Source: Malacoraja senta (lineage: Eukaryota). Taken from it: a stretch of 64,000 nt of DNA. Of the stretch, positions 36,946 through 49,186 are shown in pieces; position 1 is the first letter of the stretch, and the number at the start of each line of letters is the position of its first letter. A model generated the notes under the pieces. The model had not been told where the DNA came from, searched no databases, and saw nothing but the letters and a program-made list of their open reading frames with translations. The DNA is taken from contig CM076000.1 of the NCBI GenBank assembly GCA_038087875.1, positions 2,170,001 to 2,234,000 on the forward strand, written 5' to 3'. The position numbers were made by a program, and so were the translations under genes.

Positions 36946-37202
36946 GATAGATGAAAAGTGCTGGAGTAACTCAGCGGGTCAGGCAGCATCTCTGGAGAAA
37001 AGGAATAGGTGATGTTTCGGGTCGAGACCCTTCTTCAGGCTGAAAGCTAGCAGTGGGGGTGGGAAAACTCGACCCCAGTTTTTCCCCTCCCCCAAACCTA
37101 TCTTTCAGTCTGTAGAAGGGTTCCATCCCAAAACATCACCTATCCATGTTCTACAGAGATGCTGCCTGACACACTGAGTTACTCCAACACTTTGTGTCTA
37201 TC
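36946..37202. mobile_element. Head-to-head Penelope-like termini (about 257-bp hairpin)
   Basis: gatagatgaaaagtgctggagtaactcagc... is inverted to ...ctgagttactccaacactttgtgtctatc. A ribozyme-like core lies on each strand. Confidence 0.8.
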
Positions 37203-37784
37203 AATTGCAGCATTGCAGGAAGAAGCATCTGAGCCACTTACTGGAAATACTCTAATTGACCAGAACTTTCACCATCCATGCACAATCCTGATTTGTCTTA
37301 TTCATGCAACTTACCAGAACTAGATCATTTTACAAAATGTGTATTAGATTTAGCTTAAGCTTGTGGCTAAAGGGATCAGGGGGTATGGAGAGAAGGCAGG
37401 TACGGGATACTGAGTTGGATGATCAGCCATGATCATATTGAATGGCGGTGCAGGTTCGAAGGGCCGAATGGCCTACTCCTGCACCTATTTTCTATGTATC
37501 TATGTATCTATAAGCTCATGTCCATTAGGAATCAACAATGAAATTCAATGAAAATGAAATTTAGTTTGTGATAGGTAGACAAAAGTGTTGGAGAAACTCA
37601 GCGGGTGCGGCAGCATCTATGGAGCGAAGGACCCAAGTCGGACTATCGATACCGACTGGCCCTTCCAGTTTTAGTTTGTGATATGGCTTTTATGAATTAT
37701 CAGAGAACTTTGTCTTCCCCAAGGACCATTCTTGAACATTTCCTCTTTCTCATTTACACTTTATCCCTTGAGGACATTATCCTG

Positions 37785-38100
37785 AGCGGCACAGAGATGC
37801 AGCAGTAGAGTTGCTGCTTTACAGCAGCAGAGACCCAGGTTTGATCCTGACCACGGGTGCTGTCTGTATGGAGTTTGTACGTTCTCCCCATGACTGCGTG
37901 GGTTTTCTCCGGGTGCGCTGGTTTCCTCCCACATTCCAAAGACGTACAGGTTTGTTTGGTAAATTGGTATCGGTAAAAAAATTGTAAATTGTCCTTAGTG
38001 TTAGTGCATGGGGTGATCACTGGTCGGCACGGAATCTATGGGCTGAAGGGCCTGTTTCCACGCTGTGTCCCTAATGTCTAAAGTAAAATCTAAATTCTAA
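37785..38100 (+). mobile_element. V-SINE
   Basis: Full-length consensus copy. Confidence 0.85.
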
Positions 38101-38761
38101 AGAGTCAAGCTCTCATTTCAAAATGTTGGTTCAATTTATCCTTAAACAATGATGTAATACTTTTAAATGAAACTAACCTAACAGGAAAATGTAATTTATA
38201 TCTATATTTTAATTTGGGACAAATAAGATGTTTATTCAAAATGTTTCTAAAAATTTCTAAAAATTGTTTTGTGTGTCGACTTTGGTTAAGAGTATTTAAT
38301 GAATGGGCAGTGTTATTACATCTGACGGTTAACCTTGGGTAAACTTAAAGCTGATAGATATATTAAAAATTAAACACGCAAATGACTTGGTCATGTAGAT
38401 GGCCTAAGGCTTAGCTGAGCTATCAAGAATTACATTGACATGACTGCTCAATGATCACCTATTAGTAGAGAGGCTGACATCAATTACCTATGAGTGCACT
38501 GTGGCTAATGACAAACCATCAGTGTTGTGAGAAACTGACTTAATTCTGTTGCCTAAGGATCAGGTTTAAATACTTTTGAGCTCAGGTTGAGGGCCTTCTT
38601 GTGGTGAACAGTTGTCCACTTCTGCCCCATGAGTTCTACATAAATCACAAAAGCTTCTAATCATCAGCAGCAGTAACAGCTGCTGTTTATCATTCGATTC
38701 TGGTAAATATAAAAAGGAAAAATATCGCAGCAAACATAAGATCAAAAATATTTTAAAATTC

Positions 38762-39046
38762 AGTTTAGTTTATAGATACATCGCGGAAACGGGCCCTATG
38801 GGCCACAGAGTCCGTGCCGACCAGCGATCCCTGCTCACGAACACGTTCTAGGGACATTTTATAATTTTACCAAGCCAATTAGCCTACAAACCTGTACGTC
38901 TTTGAAGTGTGGGAGGAAACTGGAGCACCCGGAGAAAACCCATGCAGGTCACGGGGAGAACGTACAAACTCTGTACAGACAGCACCCGTGGTGAGGATCG
39001 AACCTGGGTCTTTGGCGCTGTAAGGCAGCAGCTCAACTGCCTTACC
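38762..39046 (-). mobile_element. V-SINE
   Basis: Consensus copy, minus strand. Confidence 0.85.
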
Positions 39047-40214
39047 GTTATTATAAACCAGGGCTTGGGAAGCGATGTGAATTCTCCGCACACAGTTCAA
39101 TGGGTCTGTGACTCCTTTATCTTGATACATCAATATTTAAAAGTCAGCATTTTCATTACTATTTGACTTTGAAGGGAATCAATATAAATCACCTCCAATT
39201 GCCCTGTACAGTGTTCAACAAGGATTTCCTTCGAATGTTAGTTAGTTTTTGTGGCCATTTCTAAGATTAGATGACACTTAATCTCAGAGGTTGTCTGTTT
39301 ATTGTGGTACTGACGTGTCCCTTTTCTAGTTCCTATTCATCTCATTCACTAAAATGTTTACATTTGTTTACAAAAGAGTAAAAATTAAAATAGAATTCCT
39401 TCCGATTTTGCGGTGAAATCAGTGTTTATATGATAGACGTTGAGATGAGATTCTTTGTGGCTTACCCTCCCAGAAGTGAATTCACATGAAGTTTCTGGTT
39501 AAAGGGATTTTTGATTACCTTCAAATTAAGTTCATAAGTTATAGGAGAAGAATTAAGCCATTTGGCCCATCAAGCCATTCAATCTTGGCTGATCTATCTT
39601 TAACTCTCAACCCCATTCTCCTGCCTTCTCCCCATAACACATGACACCCTTACTAATCAAGAGCCTGTCAATCTCCGCCTTCAAAATACCCACTGACTTG
39701 GCCTCCACCACTGTTTGTGGCAATGAATTCTACAGATTCTGCATGCTCAGTAAACTATTGCCATACCCAAGCACAATCCCTGATTAATACAAGTGCATAG
39801 AAATGGTTCACTGAAACCGCTTGCAAGAGTTGCCAGGTTTTGACACCAAAGTCCAGTCCGGTCCCCGCTCGGTCTCCTGAATCGGTGCCCGATCCAGGCG
39901 AGCCCCAGGCTGCTGCAGGGCCTCCAGCCATCGCCTCCGTCCGGTTCGTCCAGCAAACTCTTGTCCTTCTCCTCAACGGAATTCATCTGTGACATTGAAT
40001 TCTCCAATTTTACATAACTCCTAACAACTACCCCCGACCCCCCTCCACTTTCTCCCCCACGCCACCCATTTCTTCCCACCTCTCTCCTACACCCCATCTG
40101 AACTCACACCTATTTCTTCCCTCCCACCTCCCCCCAACCTCTCCACCCACATTCCTTCCTCTGGCTTCAATCCTTTGATCTTTGATCTTCTGTTTTAGTC
40201 TCTGGCCTTTGTTA

Positions 40215-40440
40215 GTGAAAGGTTAGATGGTGGTTAGTGGGAGGCTGTGATTAGTAGAAGGTTGTGTGGTGGTTAGTGGGATGTTGGTCATGGTTAGTGG
40301 GAGGTTGTGTGCTGGTTAGTGCGAAGTTGTGTCGAGGTTAGTGGAAGGATGTGTTGTAGTTAGTGGAAGTTTAGGTTGTGGTTAGTGGGAAATTGTGTGG
40401 CAGTTAGTGGGAGGTTGTGTGGCGGTTAGTGGGAATATGA
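40215..40440. repeat. GT-rich minisatellite, about 22-bp unit; resumes at about 42597-42647
   Basis: Unit ggttagtgggaggttgtgtggt. Confidence 0.9.
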
Positions 40441-40499
40441 GGTAGGCCATTTAGGACTGCCTTCTGTGGCAGAGAATTCCACAGATTCACAACTCTTAA

Positions 40500-41081
40500 A
40501 GGCCTGTCTCACGAGTCTGCGGTCATTGGTGGCGAAACGGGAAGAATCTGCCGCCATAGACCGTGCACTCGTGAGAACGTACAATTCCGGGGCCGTGCGG
40601 CGGTGTTCCCAACACCGCACGGTGCTAAAATAAAACCGACAATGTCGAAAACTATATACTCACCGCACAACCTCCACCAGTGCTGCACGAGTGCGGCACG
40701 GCCACCCGCACGGGCCGCCGCCAGTGTGGCTCGAGCGCCGTGCGTCAAACCTCCACTGCCACAGCCTCCGCCAGTGAGGCACGTGTGCGGCACGGCCGCA
40801 GGCACAGCCACCGCTACAGCGCCGCGATCAGGATGGCCGCCGCCACAGCCGCCGCTCGTGAGTCACGTGCGGCGGGCCGACGTCATCGCAGTCGGCCCGC
40901 CCTTTTTTTTACTTACCGCAAGCACGTGGGACCCGCCGTGTTTGAATTACTCGGCCCCCGCGCAGCATCCGTGCGGCGCTCCAGTGGATAGGCTCGGCGC
41001 TCTTGCCGTTGCCGCGCGGTCCCTGCTACCGGCGACGCCGCGCTTCACCGCCGATGACCGCAAACAGGTAAGACAGAGCCT
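40500..41081. mobile_element. PIF/Harbinger-type MITE, internal type B
   Basis: Reverse-orientation homologue of 8632-9118. TIRs AGGCCTGTCTCAC / GTAAGACAGAGCCT. Flanks TAA / TTA. Confidence 0.85.
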
Positions 41082-41262
41082 TTAGCCAGAGAGTTGTGAA
41101 TCTGTGGAATTCTCTGCCACAGAAGGCAGTGGAGGCCAATTCACTGGGTGCATTCAAGAGAGAGTTAGATATAGCTCTTAGGGCTAAAGGAATCAAGGGA
41201 TATGGGGACAAAGCAGGAACAGGGTACTGATTCTGGATAGCATTTCTGAAGAGAAGGAATGG

Positions 41263-41294
41263 GTGACATTTCGGGTCGAGACCCTTCTTCAGAC
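41263..41294 (-). ncRNA. Putative minimal hammerhead ribozyme motif in a Penelope-like terminus
   Basis: Minus strand reads gt-CTGAAGA-a-gggt(ctcg)accc-GAAA-tg-TC-ac, i.e. CUGANGA / stem II / GAAA / UH, sense to the GIY-YIG ORF. Stem I is only about 2 bp. Confidence 0.55.
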
Positions 41295-41325
41295 TGGTTA
41301 GGGATAAGGGAAACGAGAGATATAG

Positions 41326-42140
41326 GTGTTGATTATGGAGAGATTGACCAAATGGTGCCAGCACAACAACTTGGCTCTCAACACCAGCAAAACCAAGGAA
41401 CTGATTGTGGACTTTAGAAGGGGTAGGATGGGGTCCCACAGTCCCGTTTATATCAACGGGACGATGGTGGTAAGGGTCAAGAACTTCAAATTCCTGGGTG
41501 TGCATATTTCCGAAGATATTTCCTGGTCCCAGCACACTGATGCAATTATAAAGGAAGCACATCAGCGCCTCTACTTTCTGAGAAGATTACGGAGAGTCGG
41601 TATGTCAAAGAGTACTCTCTCGAACTTCTACAGGTGCACAGTAGAGAGCATGCTGACTGGTTGCATTGTGGCTTGTTTCGACAACCTGAGCGTTCAGGAG
41701 CGGAAAAGAATGCAGAAAGTTGTGACCACTGCCCAGTCCATCATCGGCTCTGACCTCCCCACCATCTAAGGGATCTATCGCAGTCGCTGCCTCAAAAAGG
41801 ATGCCAACATCATCAAGGACCCACACCATCCTGGCCACACACTCATCTCTCCGCTGCCATCAGGTAGAAGGTACAGGAGCCTGAAATCTGGTACATCCAG
41901 GTTCAGGAACAGCTGCTTCCCCACAGCCATCAGGCTATTAAACTCGCCATCAAACAAACTGAACTATAACAGCCTATTACACTTTATCTGTTTATTTATG
42001 TGTATATATATGGTCTATGCTATATAGACACACTGAACTGTTCTGTATTTATGCTTACAATATTCTGTTGTGCTGCAGCAAGCAAGAATTTCATTGTCCT
42101 ATCCGGGGCACATGACAATAAACTCTCTTGACTTGACTTG
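41326..42140 (+). mobile_element. Rex1/Babar LINE 3' fragment
   Basis: 'WCQHNNLALNTSKTKELIVDFRR...FKFLGVHISEDISWSQH...QRLYFLRRLRR...NFYRCTVES'. One in-frame stop at 41767-41769; (cttga)n tail. Confidence 0.92.
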
Positions 42141-43617
42141 AGATAAAGAACAATGAATGAAAGATATGCAAAAAAATAATGATGATAAAGGAAACAGGCC
42201 ATTGTAAGCTGTTTGTAGGGTGAAAATGAGAAGCTAGTGCGACTTGGGTGGGGGAGGGATAGAGAGAGAGGGAATGCCGGGGCTACCTGAAGTGAGATAA
42301 ATCAATATTCATACCACTGGGTTGTAAGCTGCCTAAGCGAAATATGAGATGCTGTTCCTCCAATTTGCATTTAGCCTCACTCTGACAATGAAGGAGACCG
42401 AGGACAGAAAGGCCTCTGTAGGAATGGGAAGGAGAATTAAATTGTCCAGCAACTGTGAGAGTAGGTTGGTTCACGCGAGCTGAGCGAAGGTGTACTGATT
42501 CTGGATGATCAGCTATGATCATATTGAATGGCGGTGCTGGCTCGAAGGGCTGAATGGTCTACTCCTGCACATTTTCTATGTTTCTATGTTTCTATGTTGT
42601 GTGGTGGTTAGTGGGAAGTTGTGTTATGGCTAGTGGAAGGTTGTGTCAAAAGCAGCCCTAGATGTGGGACAGCATTGACTTCACTTGCAAAGGAACTTGA
42701 CACACTTGCCAATGGATGCTGAAGAGAATGGGCTACTGTCCTACATGAAGCCCTGTGTAAAGGTGGCACTGAGGATAGACACAACATGCTGGAGTAACTC
42801 AATGAGTTAGGCAGCACCTCTGGAGAAAAGGAATAGGTGACGTTTTGGGTCGAGACCCTTCTTCAGACTGAGAGTCAGGGGGAGAGGGAAACTGGACGTT
42901 GGCTCTGGATAGTTGCATGCTCCTTCAAATTGCTGTCAGTGTTATTGCTGGCAGGCTTGTCAATGCACCAGACATTCCACTGTCCGTGCCCAGCAGCCTC
43001 TCCCTCTGGGCATCCCGTCAAAGTCCTTATCTGAGACCGGCAGGAAAATTAATCGTCCCACCCTTTTCCAGAATAATACCTGCATTTAATACCTCTACAA
43101 TTAGAACCAAAATAGTGTGCTAAATCTGGGCAGCAAAAATATTATGATCTTGCTACCTGTTTATTGGCTCTTTATATCCCCATGCCAAAATAACTTCCTT
43201 TCTATCTTGAATAGGTTTTACACTCCACTGCTTCTTCATTTATTTGACCATATTTCAATAAAATATCACTTAATGTACATGGTTTAGACTCTTGTGTGTA
43301 ATGAATGTGATTTACATGTTTTCTGCAAGGAGGATATCTTGAAATATCTTTAAGATGTTGATCCAATCTTTTAAGATTTGCACAAGAAAGGAGTTGAAGA
43401 GGAAATCTTCAAAGTTCACCCTGTTTGCCAAGTGTTTGGAGTCCAAGGGCTGCCAAGGACTTCTATAGATGTAAATGTCAGAAATAAGGCCCACAATTTG
43501 TCTTACATTCATTCTGGATTTCTTAGAAAATAAAAAGTGACTACAGCTGCAGAATGTTGAGATGACAGCAATACTTTATTCCTGTCCATTACACTTGTTT
43601 CTGTTATTTTGTGATTT

Positions 43618-44010
43618 AGAATCATAGAGAATCATACAGCGTGGAACCAGGCCCTTCGGCCCAACTAGCCCACACCGACCAAATGTCCCATCTACACTAG
43701 TCCCATCTGCCTGAGTTTGGCCCATAACCCTCTAAACCTGTCTAAATATTTCTTAAACATTGTGATGATAGTACCTCCTTCGGCAGCTCTTTCCATATAC
43801 TCACCACCCTTTATGCAAAAAAGTTACCCCTCAGGATTCTATTACCTATTCCCCGTCACCTTAAACCTATGTCCTCTGGTTCTCGAATCCCCTACCTTGG
43901 GCAAGAGACTGTGTGTCTAGCCGATCTATTCCTCCCATGATTTTGTACACCTCTACTATCCTAGACTGCTCAACCTCTTCCTATCGCTCAGGCTCTTGAG
44001 CCCAGCCAAC
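43618..44010 (-). mobile_element. CR1 3' fragment
   Basis: CR1 tail and ORF-end motifs on the minus strand. Confidence 0.75.
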
Positions 44011-44014
44011 ATTC

Positions 44015-44300
44015 ACCGAGTTCGTACTGACTAGCAAACACCCTGTACACTAGCACTTTCAATAGACAATAGACAATAGGTGCAGGCGTAGGTCATTCGG
44101 CCCTTTGAGCCGCACCGCCATTCACTGTGATCATGGCTGATCATCCACAATCAGTACCCCGTTCCCGCCTTTTCCCCATATCCCTTGACTCCGCTGTCTT
44201 TAAGAGCCCTATCTAACTCTTCCTACACACTCGGGGACAATTTACAATTTACAATTTTACAAAAGGCAATTAACTGAAAAACCTGTACATCTTTGGAGGC
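44015..44300 (-). mobile_element. Partial V-SINE interrupted by a CR1 tail with (ctattgt)n end (about 44060-44220)
   Basis: SINE 'acactagcact...tcctacacac' is split by caatagacaatag...ctatctaactct. Confidence 0.7.
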
Positions 44301-45605
44301 CTGTTGCCACGTGCGGTGGCAGTCAGTAGATGGGTCTGTTTGGTGAACCTTTGTAACTTTGTCGGCGGCAAAACACGGCAACACTTGTGTACTGCATAGG
44401 TGAGGTCTGCTGCATGATTTACCGGGTTACAGGCAAAAGAAAGCATTTTAACCGTACCTATGTATACGTGGCAATAAAGTGTCATTGAATTGAATTGAAT
44501 CATTAAATTGAACTATTTATGAATCACACCCTCTCTTCTAAATCTGTATTGACAAAAGCACTTCATTTCACCCAGTTGCACACTCCAGTTCTATCGGTGT
44601 GAGGTAAGAGTGTGGATAGTGGCAATGTACTCCCTTTCCAAACAACACCAAGGTGGTAATTAGAATGTCAAACATTTTATGCCACGTAAACTTCCCTACT
44701 ACACTCTGGGAGTATTATTACAGAGGGAACAATACTCTCATAGAGATCAGAGGATTAGCTGACTGTTCATCTTTCACTGCCAAACAAGGGCTTCAAAACA
44801 GTTTTACAGAAAAACTATTCATGACCTGTTGACTAAATCAGCACGATTATCATGGCATTGCCTCAGCTTGTAGCTTCCCTGCTACTTCAGGTGTCCTGGG
44901 GCAGAACAACTAGAAGTGAAAACTTGCATTCATTTTCCCTGTGTTGGCTTTGTTCCATTCGTTGAAAACATCAGTGAATGGTTGCTGCAAACCACACTCT
45001 TACCTTTTTGAAATAATTTTATTTTTTCTTTGCATTATTCGTTGAGCTAACATTATGCTGCAATGGTAAATCTCTTTGCTTTTACACCAGGCATAGGCAA
45101 ATATGGAGTGAATTATATTAATTAAATAGATTTTATATTTTTTGAAATTCTTTTGAATCAATCAGCAATTAAGATTTGGCATGAAGAAATATATTAAAAT
45201 CAATGATGCTTTTATTGTCACATGTGCGAAGTGCTAACAGAGTGAAATTCTTTATCTTACAAACAGTCGAGCAGAGGATTGCCATACCCATGATCCTCGA
45301 TTAGCAAGTGTATAGAAATAGTCGACTGAGCCCACATGCAAGAGACGCCATGTTTTGGTGCCATTTTCGAAGTCTGTGTTCCAGTTCTTATGAGCGATGC
45401 CTGTTCCAGGCAAGCCCCAGGCTGTTGCAGGCCGCCATCCATCTCCTTCCTTGGACACCACGTCCCTCTCCTCGCTCTACCACCTTTGTTCCCCGGGGAT
45501 GCCTCCCGTGGTCGACCACGTGGGCACCGTAGGCCAGACCCCAGTTCCCTGTTTAAATGCTATAAAATGCCTTGTGATTGTCCCTTCAAATGACAATGAA
45601 TCTTA

Positions 45606-46242
45606 AGGGCCTGTCCCACTGCAGGGACCTAATTTGCGAGTTTAGAAGAGTTTGCGCTCGACTCAAACTCGCAGCATGGTCGACACGTGGTCCTAGGAGG
45701 TCCTATGTAAGTCTCCTTCATGCTCAAGAGAAGTTCCCGCATACTCGAGGCCTCAGTTTGGTCGAGGAGTATTTCTTAGAATGCTGAAAATTGTCCGTGA
45801 GTAAAAATTGGTCGGCATGGAAAAAAAATCGATATTTTTTTTACTCGTAGGTTTAGTCGAAGTAGGTCGTAGTAGGTCGGCATGTTATTCGTAGGCAATC
45901 GAAGGTAGTCGAAGGTAATCGAAATTAGTCGAAGGTAGTCATAGATAGTGTTAGTATAGTCGAAGATAGCCGAAGGTGGTCGTCTTCACACTCCACTATT
46001 CGGTGTCCAATTTTCCTGAAGCTAGTCGAAGCTAGTCTTCAACATAGTCGAAGGAGATTGAAGGAGGTCTTCTACATATTCGTAGGAGGTCTTCTACATA
46101 TTCGTAGGAGGTTCTCTACATAGTCGGAGGAGGTCGTAGGAGGTGTTCTACTTCGGCGATACAACACGACCTTGACACTTTTTTAAACTCTCCTAAACTC
46201 TTCTAAACTCGCAAATTAGGTCCCTGCAGTGGGAGAGGCCCT
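45606..46242. mobile_element. PIF/Harbinger-type MITE, internal type C
   Basis: 48-bp TIRs with one mismatch (AGGGCCTGTCCCACTGCAGGGACCTAATTTGCGAGTTTAGAAGAGTTT). TTA TSD at 45603-45605 and 46243-46245. Confidence 0.92.
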
Positions 46243-46639
46243 TTACTCTGCAAATGCTTATGTGAAATTCCCAGCGACATTTTATTTTGTTAAAGGTAAT
46301 ATATACATTTTAATTGCCGTTAACATAAAAATAATATTTTGCTTTAAAGGCATCATTCGGTAATAGAAATGCTTCCTAAATCGATTTTGTTTGAGGTGCA
46401 AGCAAAATCATGCCTCTTTTGTCGTAGAAGTCGTGACTTGTAAAAGTCTGTTAATTAGGTATACTGTATCTATTTCACTGAGGTTTTGCAGTGGAAGATA
46501 GCTTGTCAACAAGAGAGTGAGCAAGATGTTTTGCATTGTAATATAACCGGAGAAATGGTCTGCTGGTGTTAAAGGAAGTTATTTGTGCCGAGCTTTTAGA
46601 TAGATTTCTGGGTTAGCTTAACTTGGACTCTATCAGTAA

Positions 46640-47217
46640 ATCCCAACAACTCTCACCAACTTCTACAGATGTGCTGTAGAAAGCATTTTATCAGGGTGCA
46701 ACACAGCATGGTTTGGGAACAGATCCATCCAAGACTACAAGAAATTGTAGAGAATTCTGGACGCAGACCTGACCATCACACAAACCAACCTCCCTTCCAT
46801 TGACTCCATTTACACCTCACGCTGCCTCGGCAAGGCTAGCAGCTTAATCAAGGACGAGTCGCACCCCAGACACGTCTTCTTCTCCCCTCTCCTATCTTGC
46901 AAGAGATACGGAAGTATGAAAACACACAGCTCTAGATTCATGGACAGTTTCTTCCCAGGTGTTATCAGATAACTGAACCATCCTACTTACAATGAGAGAG
47001 CAGTCCTGAGCTATTATCGACCACAATGGAGACTCAGACTAATTATGATCGTACTTTTCTGGACTTTATCTTGCACTAACGTTATTCACGTTAACCTCTT
47101 TATCATGTATCTGTACACTGTGGATGGCTCGATTGTAATCATGTATTGTCTTTCCTCTGACAATAATATTAGCACGCAACAAAAGCTTGGTACACGTGAC
47201 AATAAACTAAACTCAAG
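46640..47217 (+). mobile_element. Rex1/Babar 3' fragment, degenerate
   Basis: 'TLTNFYRCAVESILSGCNTAWFGN' readable from about 46649. Rex1 tail ends acacgtgacaataaactaaac. Confidence 0.8.
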
Positions 47218-47332
47218 TCATATAAAATGAGTGTGGAATTCTGAAGTGCCTGGGTTCTGGAGAGTAGACATTAAAAAGACAGTTCAGTTGATTAAAAGTA
47301 GTACAACCCTTCACCCCACACTTCCACCCACT

Positions 47333-47466
47333 TGGGGCAGCACAGTGGCACCACTGTTAGTGCCTCTGCCTCACAGCGCCAGAGATCCAGGTTCGATCCT
47401 GACCTCAGGTGCTGTTTGTATAGAGTTTGCACATTCTCTTTGTGACTGCGTGGGTTTCCTCCCACA
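47333..47466 (+). mobile_element. V-SINE 5' part
   Basis: tRNA-like head with B box ggttcgatcc, truncated next to the gap. Confidence 0.75.
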
Positions 47467-47481
47467 GGATAAGTGTGTGTG

Positions 47482-47681
47482 NNNNNNNNNNNNNNNNNNN
47501 NNNNNNNNNNNNNNNNNNNNNNNNNNNNNNNNNNNNNNNNNNNNNNNNNNNNNNNNNNNNNNNNNNNNNNNNNNNNNNNNNNNNNNNNNNNNNNNNNNNN
47601 NNNNNNNNNNNNNNNNNNNNNNNNNNNNNNNNNNNNNNNNNNNNNNNNNNNNNNNNNNNNNNNNNNNNNNNNNNNNNNNNN
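47482..47681. other. Assembly gap (200 N)
   Basis: Run of N preceded by (GT)n. Confidence 1.
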
Positions 47682-47895
47682 GGGCATGCCAAACTTCGTA
47701 AGCCTTCGAAGGAAGCAGAGACATTGGTGTGCTTTCTTGGCTGTAGCTTTGATGTGCCTGGTCCAAAACAAATTGTTAGTGATATTTATCCCTAGGATTT
47801 GGTGCTTTCAACCATCTCTTCTTTGGCATATCTTCTTAGCAATGTCGACTGGGGTGCCTGTACTGCTTCTCTTCCTGAAGTCGATCACAATCTTC
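47682..47895 (-). mobile_element. Rex1/Babar internal fragment
   Basis: 'WTRHIKATAKKAHQCLCFLRRLTKFGM' on the minus strand. Confidence 0.8.
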
Positions 47896-47974
47896 AACCA
47901 GCGATCCCTGTTACACTAGCATACACTAAACTTGAACGTCTTTGCCGCCCTAATTGGTCTTTATTATTAAAATC

Positions 47975-48253
47975 TTTAGAGATACAGCACGGAAACAGGC
48001 CCTTGGGCCTACCGGGTGGACCAGTGATTACCCCATACACTAGCACTATCCTACACACTAGGGGCAATTTTACAATTTTTACTGAAGCGGATTGACCTAC
48101 AAATCTGTACCTCTTTGGAGTGTGGGAGGAAACCGGAGCATCCGGAGAAAAACCCACGCGGTCACAGGGAGAACGTAGTGACAGCACCCGTGTTCAGGAT
48201 CGAACCCAGGTCACTGGCACCGTGAAGTAGCTTCTCTACCACTGTGCCACCCA
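47975..48253 (-). mobile_element. V-SINE
   Basis: Consensus copy, minus strand. Confidence 0.85.
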
Positions 48254-49186
48254 CCGTGCAGTGTTTGTCGTGTTCATGAGCCTGATGGTTGTTGGGAAGA
48301 AGATGTTCTTGAACCTCATTTCACACCCTGGAAATTTGACACTCAGCTCTTGCTCAGTTATGAAGCTCGCTCTGTCCAAAGGTTTTATGTCCATTTGTCT
48401 CAGTATGCTGGCAGCCCACGATGTGGATGTGCTACCTTTGGTGATCAGGAATGGGACATTAACATGTGCTGCTGTCTACTCTCTCAGATGGACATCTGCT
48501 TTGAGGAAGCGCAGAGCCACTCTCTGCTATGAACAGATGGAAGGATTTCCCCTCTGAAGCATCAACCAACACTGCAACTGGATGTTAAAATAATGAGGAG
48601 GCAGGAGCACATGGTTTAGGTGTGCCTGCACCCTCATCATGCTTCACTATCTCCAACACAGCCTTTACTTTGGACTTTAGACTTTAGATATGCAGTGCAG
48701 AAACAGGCCCTTTGGCCCTGCCGAGTCCACACCGACCAGCGATCACCCCATACACTGGGGTGATGAGGTGACAACAGAGGGTTAAGTACAGTGATACTAG
48801 CAAGATGACTAGGGTGGGGGTGAGATGGAGAGAGCGGGAGTGCAAGGGTTACTTGAAATTGGAGAAATTAATATTCACACCGCTGAATTGTCGGCTGCCC
48901 AAATGAAATATGTTTGTGACTGAACCAAGACACTGAGAAATGTACATAAAAAAGAAGAGTATAACACAGGAACAGGATCTTCAGCCCACAATTCTGTGAT
49001 GAATGTGATGCCAAGATAATATAATCTCATCTGCCAATACGTGATGCGTATCCCTCCATTCCCCGCATATCCGTGTGCCTATCCAAAAGCCTTTTAAATG
49101 CCACTCTTGCATCTGCTTCCACCACCACCCCTGGCAGTACGTTCAGGCATCCCAAACGTTCTTTGTAAAAAACTTTCCTCGCACTT

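Larger units (their letters stand above)
41239..42491 (-). mobile_element. Penelope-like element (GIY-YIG C-terminus, 3' region, ribozyme-like terminus)
   Basis: 15-bp TSD GTACTGATTCTGGAT at 41224-41238 and 42492-42506. Translation 'VAGQFNSPSHS...LEEQHLIFRLGSLQPSGMNID'. Confidence 0.85.
41082..42596 (+). mobile_element. CR1 3' fragment (41082-41238 and 42492-42596) with (tttctatg)n tail
   Basis: CR1 3'UTR is continuous across the Penelope insertion. Confidence 0.85.

Noticed and set aside
43312..43535. Coding-looking stretch open on both strands
   Set aside because: It could not be assigned to a protein family or given convincing splice sites.
47231..47919. ORFs spanning X runs
   Set aside because: Artefacts of the 200-N gap.
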